DNA of 47,923 bases from assembly GCA_035269105.1 (NCBI GenBank), contig DATFJP010000134.1:1-47923 (forward strand), written 5' to 3'. Shown one piece after another: positions 44,366 through 47,923 of this stretch. The DNA comes from Desulfuromonadales bacterium (GTDB taxonomy: Bacteria > Desulfobacterota > Desulfuromonadia > Desulfuromonadales > BM103). Every line of letters starts with the position of its first letter. The first letter of the stretch is position 1. Made by a program: the position numbers and the translations under genes. Below the pieces are notes generated by a model. That model had not been told where the DNA came from and ran no database searches. It saw only the letters and a program-made list of their open reading frames with translations.

Positions 44366-47300
44366 TTACCAGTTCGGCTCCCCCTGGAGTTTGCGCACCA
44401 GGATGAAGGTGTCGCGGTTGGCGCCGGTCGGGCCCCAGTAGTTCCAGGCGTAGGTGAACTGACCGTAGCCGCCGAGCATCAGGCTCGGCTTGAGGCGGAT
44501 GCGGTTGAGGCTGTTGTGGCCGCCGGCCCGCCGGTTGCCGCGCAACGGTGATTTGGGGACGCCAATGGTCCGCTCCGGAGAATGGTAGAGGAAGGCGATG
44601 CCCCGCGGCAGGCGAGCGCTGACCACCGCCCGGGTGACCACCACGCCGTGATCGTTGTAGACCTCGACCCAGTCGTTGTCGACCACGCCGATTTCCTCGG
44701 CATCGTGCTCGTTGAGCCAGAAGGGGTGGCAGCCGCGCGACAGGGTCAGCATGCGGTGGTTGTCGCCATAGGTGCTGTGGATGCCCCACTTGCCGTGCGG
44801 AGTCAGGTAGTTGAGCATGATGCTCTTGCCGCCGGTTTTAGTGACCACCAGGTCCTGCAGGGTGTTCGGGTCGGGTTTCGGCTTGTAGGTCGGCAGGTGC
44901 TCGCCGGCGGCGATATAGCCCTGGTGGTCGAGGTAGAAATGCTGGCGGCCGGTCAGGGTCCGCCAGGGCACCAGCCGTTCGACGTTCAGACAGTAGGCCG
45001 AGTAAGCCCGGCCGTTGCCGGTCAGGCCCGACCAGACCGGGCTGTTGAGCAGCCGGCGCGGCTGGCGGTCGAGATCGGCGAAGGTGGTGCGCACGTCGCG
45101 GCTGCCGGCTGCCAGGTCGGTCAGCGGCAGGCCGACCTTCTGTTCCTCAGCGGCATAGGCCCGATGCGCCATTTCGCCGTTGGTCTCCGGCGCCAGCTGC
45201 AGGATCGCGTCGGCGGCATCCTTGGCCTCGGCCAGGGCCGGATAGGTTTTGCCTTCCCAGGTCACCGATTTATGGCTCTGGGCCATTGCATCGTAAACGT
45301 CATCCACCGGCCAGGACAGGCCGTGGGCGCCGATGCCTTCCCGGGCGCCGGGACCGAGGGAGATGAAGCGGTTGTAGAGGTTCTTGTAGTCCCGTTCGAC
45401 CACGGCCAGGCCGGGCATGGTCTGGCCGGGAATCGCTTCGCATTCGCCTTTGCTCCAGTCCTTGATCTCCGGCTGGGCCATTTCCGCGGGCGTGTCGTGC
45501 TGCAGCAGCACGGCGACGACGTCGCGCACCGGGTCCGGCAAATGGCTCGCCGCCAGCTCGCTGACCTTTTTCGCCAGGCCCTTGAAGATGTCCCAGTCGC
45601 TCTTCGACTCCCAGCAAGGGGGCACGGCCGCCTGCAGGGGATGGATGAAGGAGTGCATGTCGGTGGTGTTGAGGTCGTCCTTCTCGTACCAGGTGGCGGT
45701 CGGCAGGACGATATCCGAGTAGAGCGCCGAGGTGTCCATGCGGAAGTTGATGTCGACCACCAGGTCGAGCTTGCCCTCGGCCGCTTGCTTGCGCCAGACC
45801 ACGTCCTTGACCGACTCTTCGGCGGTCTCCGGGGCGACCGTGTTGGTGTGGGTGCCGAGGTAGTGCTTGAGGAAGTACTCGTGGCCCTTGGCGCTCGACA
45901 TCAGGGCGTTGCCGCGCCAGATGATCCACAGCCGCGGCCAGTTCTCCGGGGCGTCGGGATCCTCGACGGCGAATTTCATCTGTTTGTCAGTCAGCTGTTT
46001 GACCGTCCAGTCGACGATTTCCTGGCTGCTGCCGGCACCGGCGGCTTCGGCCTGGCGCACAACCTCCGCCGGGCTGCGGTCGAACTGCGGGTAGAAGGGC
46101 AGCCAGCCGCAGCGTACAGCCCGAACCTGGTGGTCCATGGTATGCCCGGCGGTGATCTTGTTCTGCTCCGCGACCGGCTGGATCAGCTTTTCGTCCGCGG
46201 TGCGTTCGTAGCGCCACTGATCGCTGTGCACGTAATGGTAGGAAGGGGCGTTCTGGAAACGCGGCGGCTTGTTCCAGTCGAGGGCACCCATGATCGTCGC
46301 CCAGGGCGCCATCGGCGCCAGCTTCTCCTGGCCGACGTAGTGATTGAGGCCGCCGCCGTTTTTGCCGACGCAGCCGCACAGCATCAAGGCCGAAATGCCG
46401 GCCCGGTAGATCAGGTTGGCGTGGTACCAGTGGTTGACGCCGGCGCCGATGATGATCGAGCATTTGCCGCCGGTCTTTGCGGCGGTGCCGGCCCATTCGC
46501 GGGCGAACTGCAGCACGTTGGCGCGATCGATGCCGGTGAATTTCTCCTGCCAGGCCGGCGTGTAGACGGCGTCGTCGTCGTAGCTTTCGGGATAGTCGCC
46601 CGGCAGACCGCGATCGACACCGAACTGGGCCATCAGCAGATCGAACACCGTGGTCACCGGGACCCGGCCCTCGGCCGTTTCCAGGTAGCGCACCGGCACG
46701 CCGCGCGACACGGGCCGGCCGGTGCCGAAATCGTCGAAGGCTACCGGCAGGACCTCTTCGGCGCCATCGATCAGGGTCAGCGCCGGGGCGATCTCGCTGC
46801 CGTCTTTGCCATCCTTGAGCTGCAGGTTCCATTCGCCCTTTTGCTGCTGCCAGCGGAAGCCAAGGGTGCCGAGCGGCATGCGCGGCGCATCGGCGGCTGC
46901 ATCCCAGACCAGGTATTTGAAGGCGGCGTTTTCTTCATCCCGGTAACCGTCCACCGTCGCAGCCGAAAGCATCCGGCCGGCGCGGTGATTGTCCCCCTGG
47001 TCATCGAGCCGGACCAGGAAAGGGGTGTCGCTGTAGCGTTTCAGGTAGTCGAGAAAGTAGGGGGTTTGCTGCCGGTGGTGGAACTCGCTGAGGATGACGT
47101 GGTTGACCGCCATCCAGAAGGCGCCGTCCTGGCCGGCATGGGCCGGGATCCACCAGTCGGCGTGTTTCGAGGTCATGCTGAAGTCGGGGGAGAGGACCGT
47201 GACCTTGGAGCCGTTGTGGCGGGCCTCCACCAGGAAATGGGCGTCGGGCGTGCGGGTCATGTTGACGTTCGAACCCATCACCGCGATGTACTTGCTGTTG

Positions 47301-47923
47301 TACCAGTCGGCGCTTTCCGCGACGTCGGTCTGCTCGCCCCAGATCTCGGGAGACGCGTTGGGCAGGTCGCAGTACCAGTCGTAGAAGCTGAGATTGACGC
47401 CGCCAAGCAACTGCATAAAGCGGGAACCGCCGGCAAAGCTGAGCATCGACATGGCCGGGATCGGCGAGAAGCCGACCAGGCGGTCGGCGCCGTACTGTTT
47501 GATGGTGTAGATGGTCGAAGCGGCGATGATCTCTTCGACCTCGTCCCAGCTGGAGCGGCGGAAGCCGCCCTTGCCGCGGGCCTGCTGATAGCTCTTGCGG
47601 CGCTCGGGATTTTCGACGATCGAGGCCCAGGCGGCCAGCGGATCCTCGTGCTCCGTCCTGGCCTGTCGCCAGAGGTCTGTCAGCACGCCGCGCAGATAGG
47701 GATACTTGATGCGCAGCGGGCTGTACAGATACCAGGAAAAAGCGATGCCGCGCTGGCAGCCGCGTGGTTCGTAAGGCGGCAGGCCCGACTCGAGTTCCGG
47801 GTAATCGGTCGCCTGCAGTTCCCAGCCGACGATGCCGTCCTTGACGTGCACGTTCCAGGAGCAGCCGCCGGTGCAATTGACCCCGTGGGTGCTGCGCACC
47901 ACCTTGTCGCACTGGTTGCGGTT
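44366..47923 (-). CDS. narG: Respiratory nitrate reductase alpha subunit NarG (5' end outside window)
   Basis: The frame stays open to the window edge (..[22 protein letters not shown]..). [11 protein letters not shown] is the FS0 motif that sits about 45 aa into NarG, so the N-terminus is missing. C-terminal ...[13 protein letters not shown]. Confidence 0.95.
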   Translation of the reverse strand, partial: NRNQCDKVVRSTHGVNCTGGCSWNVHVKDGIVGWELQATDYPELESGLPPYEPRGCQRGIAFSWYLYSPLRIKYPYLRGVLTDLWRQARTEHEDPLAAWASIVENPERRKSYQQARGKGGFRRSSWDEVEEIIAASTIYTIKQYGADRLVGFSPIPAMSMLSFAGGSRFMQLLGGVNLSFYDWYCDLPNASPEIWGEQTDVAESADWYNSKYIAVMGSNVNMTRTPDAHFLVEARHNGSKVTVLSPDFSMTSKHADWWIPAHAGQDGAFWMAVNHVILSEFHHRQQTPYFLDYLKRYSDTPFLVRLDDQGDNHRAGRMLSAATVDGYRDEENAAFKYLVWDAAADAPRMPLGTLGFRWQQQKGEWNLQLKDGKDGSEIAPALTLIDGAEEVLPVAFDDFGTGRPVSRGVPVRYLETAEGRVPVTTVFDLLMAQFGVDRGLPGDYPESYDDDAVYTPAWQEKFTGIDRANVLQFAREWAGTAAKTGGKCSIIIGAGVNHWYHANLIYRAGISALMLCGCVGKNGGGLNHYVGQEKLAPMAPWATIMGALDWNKPPRFQNAPSYHYVHSDQWRYERTADEKLIQPVAEQNKITAGHTMDHQVRAVRCGWLPFYPQFDRSPAEVVRQAEAAGAGSSQEIVDWTVKQLTDKQMKFAVEDPDAPENWPRLWIIWRGNALMSSAKGHEYFLKHYLGTHTNTVAPETAEESVKDVVWRKQAAEGKLDLVVDINFRMDTSALYSDIVLPTATWYEKDDLNTTDMHSFIHPLQAAVPPCWESKSDWDIFKGLAKKVSELAASHLPDPVRDVVAVLLQHDTPAEMAQPEIKDWSKGECEAIPGQTMPGLAVVERDYKNLYNRFISLGPGAREGIGAHGLSWPVDDVYDAMAQSHKSVTWEGKTYPALAEAKDAADAILQLAPETNGEMAHRAYAAEEQKVGLPLTDLAAGSRDVRTTFADLDRQPRRLLNSPVWSGLTGNGRAYSAYCLNVERLVPWRTLTGRQHFYLDHQGYIAAGEHLPTYKPKPDPNTLQDLVVTKTGGKSIMLNYLTPHGKWGIHSTYGDNHRMLTLSRGCHPFWLNEHDAEEIGVVDNDWVEVYNDHGVVVTRAVVSARLPRGIAFLYHSPERTIGVPKSPLRGNRRAGGHNSLNRIRLKPSLMLGGYGQFTYAWNYWGPTGANRDTFILVRKLQGEPNW

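Noticed and set aside
47880-47923. GTG 47902 (track M) as the narG start (1178-aa ORF)
   Set aside because: The frame is open to the window edge, and the FS0 motif [11 protein letters not shown] normally lies about 45 residues into NarG. The true start is outside the window.

Overview
High-GC (about 60%) chromosomal window of deltaproteobacterial type (Geobacter/Desulfuromonas-like; taxonomy inferred from gene content and repeat style, not proven). Bases 1-14.6 kb hold ordinary housekeeping and stress genes: two flavodoxin-fold FMN-reductase-like proteins, an MBL-fold hydrolase, a solo RelE-like toxin, MtfA peptidase, YajD HNH, a tautomerase, OsmC, hemerythrin, a lipid kinase, a metallophosphoesterase, DUF924, DUF302 plus a BASS/ACR3 permease, a radical SAM protein, a sirtuin, YcaC and a DsrE-like protein. 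From 15.2 kb to the window end lies a roughly 33-kb block of molybdenum-dependent functions. On the + strand: nifH-nifD-nifK-nifX-fdxN-(NifX-like), then nifB-modC-modA-modB. Next come a DUF3750 lipoprotein and an ArsC/Spx-fold gene, nifE-nifN on the opposite strand, nifV and an MFS transporter. The block ends with a Tat-exported xanthine-dehydrogenase-family enzyme (FeS/Moco/FAD subunits), mogA, moaA, two narK genes and narI-narJ-narH-narG (narG cut by the window edge). No clearly novel multi-gene system could be supported. The best hidden signal is an in-frame TGA in the ArsC/Spx-like gene (U-T-S-C in place of CxxC, with SECIS-like hairpins), which the ORF track truncates to 85 aa. Other notable points: every nif intergenic spacer is unusually long and filled with structured repeat families, including GATC-rich heptamer hairpin elements before nifK and fdxN. 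Terminator-like hairpins sit in or before the nifB and nifV leaders. Sigma54-type promoters precede nifH and nifEN. There are TA-flanked MITE-like palindromes, a minimal NifB with a free-standing NifX-like domain, a NarK with a large periplasmic-loop insertion, and a RelE-like toxin with a zinc-ribbon insertion and no antitoxin. All calls rest on reading the sequence and recalled family motifs; no database search was run.
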